A DNA stretch of 64,000 bases, taken from the NCBI GenBank assembly GCA_000320545.1, contig ADNK01001510.1, forward strand, positions 1 through 64,000, read 5' to 3'. Positions 27,097 to 40,674 of this stretch are shown piece by piece. The notes below the pieces were generated by a model that did no database searches, had not been told where the DNA came from, and was given only the letters and a program-made list of their open reading frames with translations. Position 1 is the stretch's first letter, and the number at the start of each line of letters is the position of its first letter. The translations under genes and the position numbers were made by a program. The DNA comes from Bigelowiella natans CCMP2755. Its lineage: Eukaryota > Protista > Cercozoa.

Positions 27097-28327
27097 TTAT
27101 TCTGCTCCAGGATTCTGCTCCGCTTTACCACCTCCTCCTTCGTTCTTCCCTTCGGCCTCTCCTTCCACAGCAGCTGGTTCTCCTTTGGATGTAGACGCTG
27201 CTTTAGCTTTTCCCCCTTCTTTTTCTTCTTCTTCTTCTTCAGTGGTATTTTGTGAGTGTTGCTCTGTCGTCTTCTGCTGCTTCTGGTCGTTTTCAGCTGT
27301 GGAAACCTCTCCAGAAGTACTGCCGGTAGTAGTAGTAGAAGCTGGCGCAGATGGGGCGATTTGATGAGATAGCAGCAGCAACTTCACAAAAGCTCCCGAT
27401 GAACGCGCATCTTGAACAAGATTCTTAGGGGATTGTTCGAGGGAAAATATGGAAAGAGTACAAGGACAAAAATAAGAGAAAAAGAAGAAGAGCTTATGCT
27501 TATTGCCATTCCATATATCAAGATGAAATAGCAGGCGCTCATCTATTGTTTTCACTTTACCCTCCGACCGAATTGGGAGTGCATGAAAGATGATAGGCGA
27601 AATGTTCTTTGCTCACACAATGTAGTTCATCACCACATTCCAACACTCATCGTCACCGTCTTCTTCCCTACATCCCTTTTAAGTACTTACCCCCCCCCCA
27701 ATTACTAGTAATATCATACTGTAATCGTTTATGTATGGATGGATGCATACATGGAAGAATAATGGCTGACCTGAGCGTTTGGCTTTGGGTTTCGTATGAC
27801 GCAAGGGCCTAGCACAACGGCCAGATTCGACAAATTCATACGATTCACCTGAATAATAACCAATCAATCAGTAAATCGATAAATCAATCAAACGACGAAA
27901 AAATGAATAAATCAACGAAATGAATAAATGAATTTAGTCAAGACGACTGCTTTTTATCAATAATGAAATGTGATAAAAATTGAGTACATAGGATAGTTTA
28001 ATGACTATAATGAATGACTGCAAGCTAGCAAGGAAGAGAGCACATCTCCCTCCCTCCTCTTTACCATATCGTGGAGTACTCGTAAAAGCAGCTAATGAAG
28101 ATCCGTCACCAACGCATCATCACACGTCGCTACTACTACTACCACTACTACTACTACTATTGGTGTGATGTTGTTATAATAATTACCTGCTCATTCTGAG
28201 CCACTTCATGCGCGAATTTAATCAACGCAATTAGCACGTTACGATGTATCTAATGCGGTGAGTAAGTAGGTATCATTAATACGTCACACCGCAAGGAAGA
28301 AGAGAAGTAGGAAATTTCACAAAAATG

Positions 28328-28373
<46 letters not shown>

Positions 28374-28634
28374 TGGCAACAACGACGACATAAGATAAGA
28401 AGGAAGGTATTCGCTTTGTATCATCGATGTACTGTATTTAAAGGAAAATTCTGGAGGAGGAAAGCTGTTCTCATTTTCCCAACACTGTTAGAACTACTTA
28501 CTGTGGGAAGGTTGGCGACGAATGCTCTGGCTTCTTTCTTCAGGGATTCACTCGGCTCTCCAGATGAGTAGCTTGAGTTGTATAATAACACAGCAGCACG
28601 TAATCATGATAGAGCATACATCTACAGTATAATC

Positions 28635-28665
<31 letters not shown>

Positions 28666-29302
28666 AGAAGTACAATTGCCATCTACAACAAATACACGCG
28701 CATGTAGTATTATATGCTTTGCCTTTCCCATAAACTCCTTGTGATGGTGGTGATAATGATGATGGTGATTATGGTGATGCTGATAATGATGATGACGATA
28801 CCCTCCATCCGGCCTAACCAAGTGCTGCGCTTGAGCGTACATCTTCGAGGGAACAAGCGGTTCCTGAGTATATTTGCAATTATTACCATTATCATTATCA
28901 CTCACATCGCTGCATAACCAATCTATCAATCAATTAATCATGGAATCAGTAAATGTACACTATTACCATGTTAGTAATGCACAAAGAAGGTAGAAGGTGT
29001 ATCGTGATAATCATGTTGTTTACATGCCGAGAACAAGTGACGATAACACTAGATACAATAACACACACTCACACTACCTTGAGCGATCTGAGCCATCGTT
29101 TAAGCATCACCGCTGGAACGTGCGGTGATGTGTTGAAAAACTGATATTTGCCCTATGATGATGGTGATGATGATGCAAGAATTAAAAAATATACAAAATA
29201 AGTAAGAACGAGTTGGAACAGTACAACAAGTAGTAGTATTTTGGAGAAAAATGTCAATGGTCAGTAAAAATATATGGTTGTCGTCACAGTCACAAACACA
29301 CA

Positions 29303-29339
<37 letters not shown>

Positions 29340-31562
29340 ACCATCATCATCCTCATCATCAATAACAACAACAATATCAGTACTACTACTACCGCTATAA
29401 AGCCCTTGTCCAAGGCAGCAGCGAGTGCCTGAACATCTTCCTTTGATGCAGAAAGGCGGAATATACCCTCCTCCTGCAACCTAATAATGATGATGATGAT
29501 GATGATGATGATGATCAGGCCAATAACGAGAATAGTGATTGTACGATATATATACAACAATAAATCAAGCACACACAGTTAAGTATTCTTCTTCGACAAC
29601 ACTGAGTAGAAGAAGAGATACAACTACTCCATATTGTTATGGTGCTGTTGGTGTAATGCTGCTGCAGGTTTGCTACCCTCCAAGCTGCTTGATGTATTTC
29701 ATAAGAGCCTCCATTGGTGTAGGAATCCCAAGCTTCCTCTGTGATGCCCGCAGGGCTAATAATAACAAGGAGAATAACAACAAGAATAAGAATGATGACT
29801 GACAGAGTGATTAAGTGACGACTACCAGTAGTCCTCTGTGATTTATTGTACTATTATTATTTCCTGATATTCTTGATCAGAAGACCATTTCTTCTCTTCT
29901 TCTTCTTCTTCTTCTTCTTCTTCTTCTGCTTATAGCGATAAATAAATAAAAGGTTCCCACACCTCTATTTTCCCTTTGGATCTTCATGATTCGGTCAAGA
30001 GAGGAGGAGAAGATGGAGGGTGGCTGCGGTTTCTTCCCTTTTGGAGCATCAATGGAGTAAACTTGCTGCTTCACCATATCAACTGTCACTCCCAACTCGT
30101 ACCTAATGATGATGGATAGTGATGATGTTCAAAATAGTAAAATTGCTTTTCTCTCGTATCGTCCTCCTCCTGTTCTTCCTCCTCGTCATACGCATAAATG
30201 TTGTACACTCCTCGTGATCATTCCAATTGATAACATAAAATCCATCCCCCCCTCCCCCTCCTCCCCACTCATCGCACGTACGTGTATTTCTGTTGTTGCA
30301 GCATTTTTGGGAGAGACTTCTTGTGATCTTCCTCAGCACGCTTTAACAGCGCTGGTAGGCCTAAGAACAAAACAACAATTTGATGATGCTACTTCCCCCC
30401 CCTGCTCGCTGCTGACCCTCCCCTTCACCCCCCTTCTCCTCTTTTCAAGGGTGAGTACCTCCTGCTGCATTCATAGATTCTAATAGTTTCCCCAAATTCT
30501 CCACTTGCGGTGACCGTTTGCCCTGCCAATTGTACCAACGCAACACACACTCAGAAGAGGGTTATCATCATGAAGATCATAGGAAGAGAAGATGGTTGTC
30601 AATGACATTGGCAGGTAGGTAGGTAGGTAAATGTAGGTAGGAACTACGGTTTAAAAGAAGAAGAAGAAGAAGAAGAAGAAGAAGAAGACAGCAAACGAAT
30701 AGGCGGTGAAAGTACTAATTTGGAAGAAATAGTGGTGGTATATATATACTACATGGTCAAGGTTAATCTGGTGGAAGGTGCCGAGGAAGGTTTTGACGTT
30801 GGCAACCGTAGTGACGGTCAGTTGCCGAAACTCATGACAAACACGAATCAAATCCGCACGAATGTATCTACCAAAGACGACAACGATGATGGTGGTGGTG
30901 GTGGTGATGATGATGATGATGATGAGTTTTTGTTGTTGTTCTTAATACATTAGTATATGTGGACGCACGTTTGTAATGTAATAATAAACAAGGGTGTTCG
31001 TGCATGTAAGATAAACTAATAACGACAATATGAATGACAACAATACTACAATCTTGTGGCAGTGAAGAACAGCAATAGATACCATCCCATCATCGTCATC
31101 AGCATCATCAACAACAACAACTGCTGTTCCACATCATCATCTACTACTACTACTACTATCACTACTACTACTACCCCCTCACATACGATACCGACAAGCA
31201 CCCAATACATATGATGATGATGATGCCACCTTTCCATCCTCTTGTTTGCAATTTCAATCTTCTTGTTATAGTCTTTGTGCGGAGAGGAGGAGGAGGAGAG
31301 AAGAAGTAAGGAAGACACAGCAGCATAAGATAAGAAGATGATGGAACTTTAGATAATACACGCACTTTCCTTTTTCCAACGCCCACTATTAGCAACAACA
31401 TTGCCTCATCATCATCATCATCATCATTATCATCATTATCATCATTATCATCATCACCATCACCACCATTTGGTAGAACATACCCGTGATGGCAATCTGC
31501 ACTTTTCGATGCAAATCTGGCAATGTTCCTCGATAAAGCTACAACAGTAAGTAGAGGAATCA

Positions 31563-31600
<38 letters not shown>

Positions 31601-32192
31601 GTGATGCTCATCATCATCATCATCATCGTGACTATCACCTCTGCCACTCCCATCGTGAATTTGGACAAAAAAGAAATTCCTCCTTGACTTGTTTGCTATA
31701 ATTATCATCAATCATCAGTGATCTAACCACAGAGACATGTAAGCACACGAACAGTAAGATGTTGATACTCATGAGCACAGAGTAGCACAACAATAACAAC
31801 AAACAATAATAACAATAACTGGTTCTTGTTGTACTCTTCTTCTTCTTCTTCTTCTTCTTCAAGTACTACTACTACTGCTACTACTACTACTCTTACCTCA
31901 TCTTTCTTCTTGAGCTCATCCTGTTGAGCACGAACGCAAGACTCCAGCAATTCACGGCATATTTCACGCTATTATTATTATTATTATTATTATTGTTGTT
32001 GTTGTTGCTGTTTTTATTAATCGAATGACGATCGTTATGATGATATGATGACGATGACGATGATGATGATGATGACAATGCTGGTGGTTATGATGATAAC
32101 TAACGATGTACATATGCCACTACTGACATATATCGTCAGCGGCAGGTCTAACGATCAAAATGTATTACAAAATAGCAATCTTTGGCTGTTTT

Positions 32193-32229
<37 letters not shown>

Positions 32230-33087
32230 ATTATTATTATTATTATTATTATTATTATCATTATTATTATTATAATTTTCGAATCCTTCCTTACGTTGCC
32301 GATAACTTCATCTTCGTTCTTGTGAAGCTCTCTTTTCCACGCCTGTTGCTGCACCGTGATAGCCTTGTGCTTACGTCTGGCCTCCACAATCCAGTTGTTT
32401 AATGGTGTCACCACCTTTAATGGACGATGTTTTAGAAAGATATGAAACATTAAATATGATGAACGATGATGATGATGATAACAAAACACTAATACTATTA
32501 CTGCCGTAAAAATGACAATAACAATAGCATCAATATTAAGAAACGGCGACATACTCGCAAACGCACACACACACACACACACACACACACGAAAATACAA
32601 GCAACTACCTTTGTGATAACTTCTTCCGCAAATTTAGCTCTCGAATTAAGGTCTGCATCAAACTGTGATGGTGGCGATTTGTCGTTGTTGTCACCAAGGA
32701 GGAGGAGGAGGAGGAGGGGGAGGAGGAGGAGGAGGAGAAGGAGAAGGAGGAGGGGGAGGAGGAGGAGGAGGAGGAGGTGGAACGATTATATTAATAACGA
32801 TGATACTTGATGATGATGATGCTATTGGTAGGTGACATATTAGGTGTTATCGTCTCTTTTTTGCCCTAATGATTACCAATTTCTCAGTAGCAACCCATGC
32901 TGATGCTACTGGCTCGATCGCACTGAAGTCTGTATGTAACACGAAATAGTAGCAAAGCTTGTGAGTTTACACATTACTCTGGGCATGATTACATACATAT
33001 ACCACTGAATACTGCGTAGTTGTATTCCGTTGATTTTTGTTCGAATATGATGATGTCGGAATATATGTAAAAGCAAATTGTTTGGTA

Positions 33088-33123
<36 letters not shown>

Positions 33124-33173
33124 TCGTCATCACTTAGTCCTCGCGCTATGCAAACGAAAATAAAGATACACGC

Positions 33174-33204
<31 letters not shown>

Positions 33205-33216
33205 TGCATATGCATG

Positions 33217-33247
<31 letters not shown>

Positions 33248-34621
33248 GTGTGTGTGTGTATTTTTATGCCGTGGCCAAGTTGTAGTACCAATGCCAACCA
33301 AAATGATGATGTGACCAACAAAAAAATAGTTTATTCTCGTAAGATTCACATATCTACAACTACAACAACAACAACTACTACTGCTACTACTACTACTACA
33401 CTACTACTGTGGTAGTTTATATTTTACAGCTAATAGTGGTAGGCATTTCTAAACTACCTTGCATGGATTTTGTCTCGGCCCTTTCTTTCATTATATGCTG
33501 CAAAGACTTTACGCAGTAAGCTCTTTCCTGGAAGAAGGCAGACATACCGCAGCACACAACACACAACACACAAACAACAAGGCTTAATAGAGACGGAGTG
33601 CAGTCAATGATTCAGTGATTACCGCAGAGTAGACTTGGTTAAGTCCTGCTGCTGTGCGACCACACAGAGTGATCATGCTTTCGAGCCGATGTGAAAGGCT
33701 TTGCAAACGCCGAGGGAACGACTGCTGCTTGTTTTGGAGGGGGGGGGGGGGGGTTTGTTTAGGATGAGTCAGTAGTAGTAGTAAAAGTAGTAGTAGTATA
33801 ATGTTGATAGTGATGACAATAATGCTTGTGGTAAACACTTTTAAGATTTATCATGATTGGCACGATAATCAGAGTACTATGTAGTAACAATAACAGGTAA
33901 AGTGAGTACAAAGCGTTCGGATTATTTCAAAAATATGGAAAAAATCGACATAAGGTAATAGAATGCAATTTAGCATATTTTTTTACCGGAGGCTTCGTAA
34001 CAGGCGGTGCTTTTTTAGCATCAGCCTTATCCTTTAAAGTAGAAGTCGTCCCCCCCTCCTTCTTCGTTGTAGTAGCTTCTTCTTTTTGAGTTGCTGGAGC
34101 GATCTTCTTCTTCTCCTCTTTGTTCACACCACTACTACTCGCTTGAGTCTGTGTTATGATTCCGGCCTCAGATTGCTGCTTACCCTGCTGTGGCGGCTGG
34201 GATGTACTCCCCTCCCCTTCGGAAAGAGGAGTCTTGCTCTCACCTTAAGGGTTATTATAACTACTTGTCAATATCACATTTTGGAAGAGCATTTCTGCAT
34301 ATCATTTGCTAAAACGGTTGACATCAAAGGCCAGGGGAAGTATATAATGTTTTTGGAAAATTATAGTTTACGTTGGTTAGTATTAAATTTGATCGCTTTT
34401 TTCACACACTTATTTAAACGACGCATGTAAGAAGATGGGGTGGCAACATTCCGGCGGTTCATCAAACGAAAAGAGGTAGTATGCAGGAAAGGCGATGACC
34501 GCGTTTTCTGTCTACACTTATCTAAGATTATTTTGAGTATCGCATCGTGATATCGACTTCTAATCCTCGAGATTCTAGAAATAGTGTTGAGATACGAGTA
34601 GGGACCTGGTTTGGACGCCAT
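27097..34621 (-). CDS. Rho GTPase-activating protein with an N-terminal helical F-BAR/BAR-like region
   Basis: RhoGAP exons SIFSSSLDRIM, IPTPMEALMKYI, LQEEGIFRLSAS (Arg finger), PHVPAVMLKRWLRSL, EPLVP and NRMNLSNLAVVLGPCVIR. Upstream helical exons such as AKFAEEVITK|VVTPLNNWIVEARRKHK resemble F-BAR. Many microsatellite-filled introns. Confidence 0.85.
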
Positions 34622-34940
34622 TCTTCGTCGTCACGCCTACCGATGAAAAAAGTAGGGCGATTTTGGTATAATCGAGGGCATATTTTCCTTGTCTTTCTCC
34701 AAAAATATATCGTATTTCTCCCATAATTTATTTCTTCTCTGCTGCTGAATGCAGGAAATAGTTTCATATTTTGTTGTCTCAGATAAGATATGGCATTGTT
34801 TATATTCTTTATTATTTTTTTAGATGTTTGCCGGATAAATATTGTGCTAGATCTACAACAACTACACTACTACTTTTCCCTGTCCCCGGCCCATCTCCCA
34901 GCATCTTCGAATTTCTCTTCCGTCGAACCCCGGGCGATTG

Positions 34941-35327
34941 ATGGCAGGTGACGTATACCTCATTTTGAAGTTAGTGATAAGTGTTAGGCCATGCTACATT
35001 CACCAATAAACCTTGCCAAGCAGTAGTACGGTTTCAAATGAATGGTAGCATAAGCAGTACTTGCATCCGACGGAAGATGGCATTCCTCCCTCCCTCATTT
35101 ACTTACAACAATATTTCCACTTACAACAATATTTCCTCACACAGCCTGGCCGGGCCTATGGCGACTAGTGCCATGGACAATCCTGCTGCAGGTGGTTCTT
35201 TCGCTCTTTAGTATTGGTTACCTTTGGGTCAAGAGAAGGACCGCTTCCAGGGGGTGAGTCAGAGAGAAAGAAAGAAAGAAAGAAAGAAAAAGAAGAAAGA
35301 GAAAGAAAGAAAGAAAGAAAGAAAAAG

Positions 35328-35406
<79 letters not shown>

Positions 35407-36286
35407 GCCTTTCCCGATGACGTGTCTAAAAACTTCCTCAACCACACACACCTTAATACTTCGTTGCTGTATATTCCACCCATAAATTTTCACGGTGCGA
35501 TTCCCCCCCCTCTCTTTAAGTGATGCCGACGCTGCTCGAGTTGTGATTTTGCCGGTGTTTGAGCCCCTCCTTTGGACATGCCTTATCTGCCAGGTTGTAC
35601 AATGTGATGCAGTAGTAACATATGCTGATAATAACCAAATCGTCGTCGTTTACTGAAGACCCCGATCGAAAAATAATAGCTTAGAAGGGTCGGCTTATTT
35701 TGACGAAATCCAGAGATTCCGCCACTGGCAGCTTCTATTCCCCCCCCCCCCTCCCCCCCTCCTTGAAGTGCCTTGTTTCAATGACGATTTTGTGGTGTGA
35801 TAAGGTTCTCCATTTTTCGTTGAGTATATACACTTACCCAAATATGCCTTCGTGGAAGCAAAGAGCGAAATGGGAAGAGGTACTACATTGAGGAACGATG
35901 ATCATGATGATTATGATGGAGGAAGCAACCCGGCAGTATTGTTATATTTTTTTAGTTGTATTAGTAGAGCTACTACGTGTCAGGGCTACGTGTGAACCGA
36001 TCTGATGTAATGTCGAATAATGAAATAAGTCTAGATATGAGGAGGGGGGAATGCAAGTTTGATTGCATTGTTGTTTCTTCGTTTGGTATAATTAGGTCGA
36101 TGTTGAGTGGACTGATACGCTTCAGTATTGGCTCACAATGACGGCGGTATGCATGTAAAGATATTTATTTAAATTGTGTGTTATCGTCGTATGTGAAATG
36201 CAAGGATTGCAATCGAAACGAAGATCTGTTGTCGATACGCCCATTCCAATTATAAGCATCATTCATCTGTCTCTATAATTGTTATG

Positions 36287-36326
<40 letters not shown>

Positions 36327-36331
36327 TATCT

Positions 36332-36367
<36 letters not shown>

Positions 36368-36477
36368 CCCTGCAGGTGAATATCGAGTACAATATCATCG
36401 CAGCTTTGTACATGCAAACCGACCTTTCTCATAGATCGATAAGGTCGTCGTCATCGTTCCCATGATACTCATACATC

Positions 36478-36544
<67 letters not shown>

Positions 36545-36790
36545 AGAGGATGTGTATGTTTTTGGGTATATTTATATGAGGTGATTATGATGAATTTGTA
36601 TCTAGGAGGTCGGTTTATTACGTTGTCTTCTACGCACTGACAAGTGGAGTCGTCTCCTCTTATTGCTACCATTCTGGTGATCATGATCATGATCATGGAA
36701 TAATCATAAACTCATATAAATTTAACGCTGTATAAATATGTAATGTATGAAGAAATGGTCAATATGTTGAGTTATGTTTGGTATAACTAT

Positions 36791-36828
<38 letters not shown>

Positions 36829-37355
36829 ACAAAATATTATTTCTTATGATGTGCATAACATTTTTGTAAAAGCTGCTGGCCAAAGCATGCTCATAGCTTC
36901 TCTCCTCTTTCCCTACTACTACTATTACTACTACTACTAATAATAATAATAATACTATAGGCATAAGCTACAACGCTTTTGCTCTATTCGATGCAATATT
37001 CTTCGTCTTCGAGTCAGCTTGGTAATTGTAACAACAACACTATGTTCGGTGTGCTTGTGTGTCCTCTCCTCCTCTCTTCCTCCTTCTTCTTCTTTCCCCT
37101 TCTTCTTCGTTCATGATCGTAAATGATAAGTGACGTAATCTTGTTCTTGATCATCAATAATATATTCGTTCCTTACCTTATATTAGGTATACTTGGCTTT
37201 TGGCTCGCTCTATGATTGTATCTAGATCAACTTTTTTGGTATTATTATTATATAGATTTAGTGGTAGTAACTATTACACATTAGCATGCTTACCACGCAC
37301 ACGCAACCAGCACACGCGTCCATCATTGATGAAGCGCTCATTGCAACACGTACAG

Positions 37356-37395
<40 letters not shown>

Positions 37396-38440
37396 AGCCT
37401 ACTAACCCACAATATAGAGGATGATAATGATACTGATGATGAGTAGGTATATGCGCTTTACTCTCTACTGTGGCGACTGCTGATTATCCCCTCCTCTCTT
37501 GGCTCTAGAAATGGCATGCCAGGTAATAAATAACAACAACTAGAACAACAACACAATGACGATGCAGAACAAGAAGAAGAAGAAGAAGAATAAAGATATA
37601 GGAGGAGAAGGAGGAGGAGGAGTATGAAAAGGACAGAGAACAGAGATGACAATGCCAAACACCGCAAAACTGTTGGTTTCCCTATTGTTTTCGTTCTCTT
37701 GTTCTTTCTTCTGCGGATGGGGATGGTGCTGTGTTGTATGTGTTGCTAATTGGTTGGCAAGTTTACTAATAATGCAGCTAACCAAAACAACTATGTGCTA
37801 CTATTACCAATGATAGTAGTACTAATAATATGAAAATAGTAATGATCATCAATACTAATGATAATATCAATGTTGTTGTCGTCGTCATCGTCGTCATAAT
37901 TGTTATTGGCAGAGCTGTACTTCATATGGGTAGCATTTCGATCTCTTGGGTTCTCTCCATGTCTTTACTACACGTTGTGGAATGAGACTCAGTATTGGCG
38001 AGGAAACAGTAAGAATCCAGCACCATATTATCTATCTCCTACTGTGTAAATTATAATACTAGCTACTGCACTTTAATATCTCAATGTAATCGTTCATCTT
38101 TGAAAGCTGCTTTTCATCATCCTGCTTCTCTCACGACAACACGCATACTACTTCTACTACTACTACTACTACTACTACTACAACGCCCACGATCTAACGA
38201 TGATTAGGTGCCAAATCGCTTTGGCTGATGAATCGTGAGATTGGTGACATGATGGCTGCTGAGATGAAAGGAGGAGGAGGAGGAGCTTCTCCTGGCCTCA
38301 AATTCTCTGTTATCTCGGATGATCTCCCAGAGCTTTTGAAGGAGAACAAGCTCATCGATTTTGCTTTTCTCCGGTATACCAACTCATATATTTCGCCTAC
38401 TCTTTATAAAGTTTGTCCATAGTCTAGAAGACTTTGTTGC

Positions 38441-38476
<36 letters not shown>

Positions 38477-38606
38477 ATCACGAATAATAACATATCCATC
38501 CATTGATATTGATACTCAGGTTTAGTAATCTTTTGGATAGTGGTAGTCACTCCAAGGTGTACAAAGGAAAGCTTAGAGGTATACTACTACTTACCTACTT
38601 GCTTAC

Positions 38607-38652
<46 letters not shown>

Positions 38653-39453
38653 ATCATTCTTGTTGTCGTTCATAATCACTGCCAATAACCAACAGATGGT
38701 TATGGAATATTATCACTTTATTACATGAAAGAACACCGTATATACTACATTATATTTTTGTGCACGAACCATTAGGCAAGCCAGTAGCAATTAAGCTTTT
38801 CACGCCTCCAGAGATGGACAGAAGTGCGATGAGGAGATTCATAGAGGTGCAACGTCAGCATAAGTAGCACATCATCACTGTGAACAAGTATGATGTCCCT
38901 CTTTCTCCCCTGTGGATAGAAAAGCAGCAGATGTGGTTCATTATGTATGTTGTACTCTGGATTATCATTCATCGATCACTGTTGTTGCCTGCTTTCTGCT
39001 ACTACTACATTGATATCTAATTAGGAGACACGTATTGCCAGCAAGCTAAAGCACCCTCATATAGTCAAGTTGTACGGGGTAGTATACTATGTCACCATGT
39101 ATACGATTTACTAAATACTTATCAATAATCTTCACCACATTCTTCATCATCATCATCAAATTGCCCATAATACCATGCAGCAGTCAACCTCCATCTAAGC
39201 TGTGTATTATACGCTTGCCCATCCATCAGTTTTTCTTCTCTTTTTCCTACTCACCCCTTCGCCAGCCATTTCCTATATTGTTAATTTCTGACCAATTATA
39301 ACCTCAGATCGCCGTGAGGCCACCAGACATTTGCATGGTTTGACGATGAAGTAGCAGCAGCAACAGCCTTCGTAGTATCTGTAAATGAGGATGATGCTGC
39401 GCCAATTCAAAAAACACAGTGTATGTGTATATAATGCTGTCTGTTGTATATAT

Positions 39454-39498
<45 letters not shown>

Positions 39499-39660
39499 AT
39501 GTGTGTGTGTGTGTGTGTGTGCGTATCACAGGTCGTAGAGTATTGCGAGAAAGGATCCTTATTCAAGCTTTTATCGGCCGAAAAATTAAGTTTGGAGTTG
39601 AAATTGCGCCTCATGGTCCAAGCAGCCTCCGCTCTTGCGTAATAAAATCGATAACTACGT

Positions 39661-39696
<36 letters not shown>

Positions 39697-39853
39697 TCCA
39701 TTGCACTTATAGTAATAATAATATCACTGCTCTCGAAGGTACCTCCATTCATTGACACCTCCAATTATCCATCGAGATGTTAAGTCGCACAACTTCTTAG
39801 TTACGGGTAACTAGTAGTTGCAGTACGAGTAGTTTTGGTAAAGGATAATGAAT

Positions 39854-39884
<31 letters not shown>

Positions 39885-40155
39885 TAATAACAATAATATG
39901 AATGATGAGTCGTCTTTTCTCTGTCATCATGTGGTGTACTATATATATGATGATATCGACTATCATCCGTAAAGATACCAAGCAGTAGCAGCAGCACAAA
40001 TGTGATAAATTAGTAAGTAAATAGATCAATCTATCAATCCTAGATACGTACATGGTAAAGCTGGCCGACTTTGGAGAATCACGAATTGTTGACGAAACGA
40101 TTATGACGGGATATATCGGTGTGTAGTTCATGATAGCAGCATCCCCAAAGTAGTT

Positions 40156-40188
<33 letters not shown>

Positions 40189-40630
40189 CATTGTTGATGG
40201 TGCTCCTTCGGTCGTATTATTAAAGGTTCTCACGCTTATATGTCGCCTGAGATCATCACAAGTGCCCCTTACAACACGAAAGCAGATGTGTACAGCTTTG
40301 GCATTGTCCTCTGGGAGGTAGTAACAGGGCTAGCAATATACAACTGTGGTCGTTCTCCTATGATGTGCTACTACTACTACTACTACTACTACTACTCTAC
40401 TACTACTACTTTCATATATGCATGATAAATAACTGCTGATAGAGTAAGGAATGACGAGATAAATAATAGTCTCTATATTAAGCAACCTGTTGTTGTATAT
40501 TGTCCCCCCTCTAGTATTACACACATACACACAAATTTTCATCTCCCTTTCCCTGTGACTTTCCTCCTCCTCCTCCTCCTCCTCCTGCTGCTGCTGCTGC
40601 TGCTGGTGGTGGGTTGTTGTGAAATAAAAT

Positions 40631-40674
<44 letters not shown>

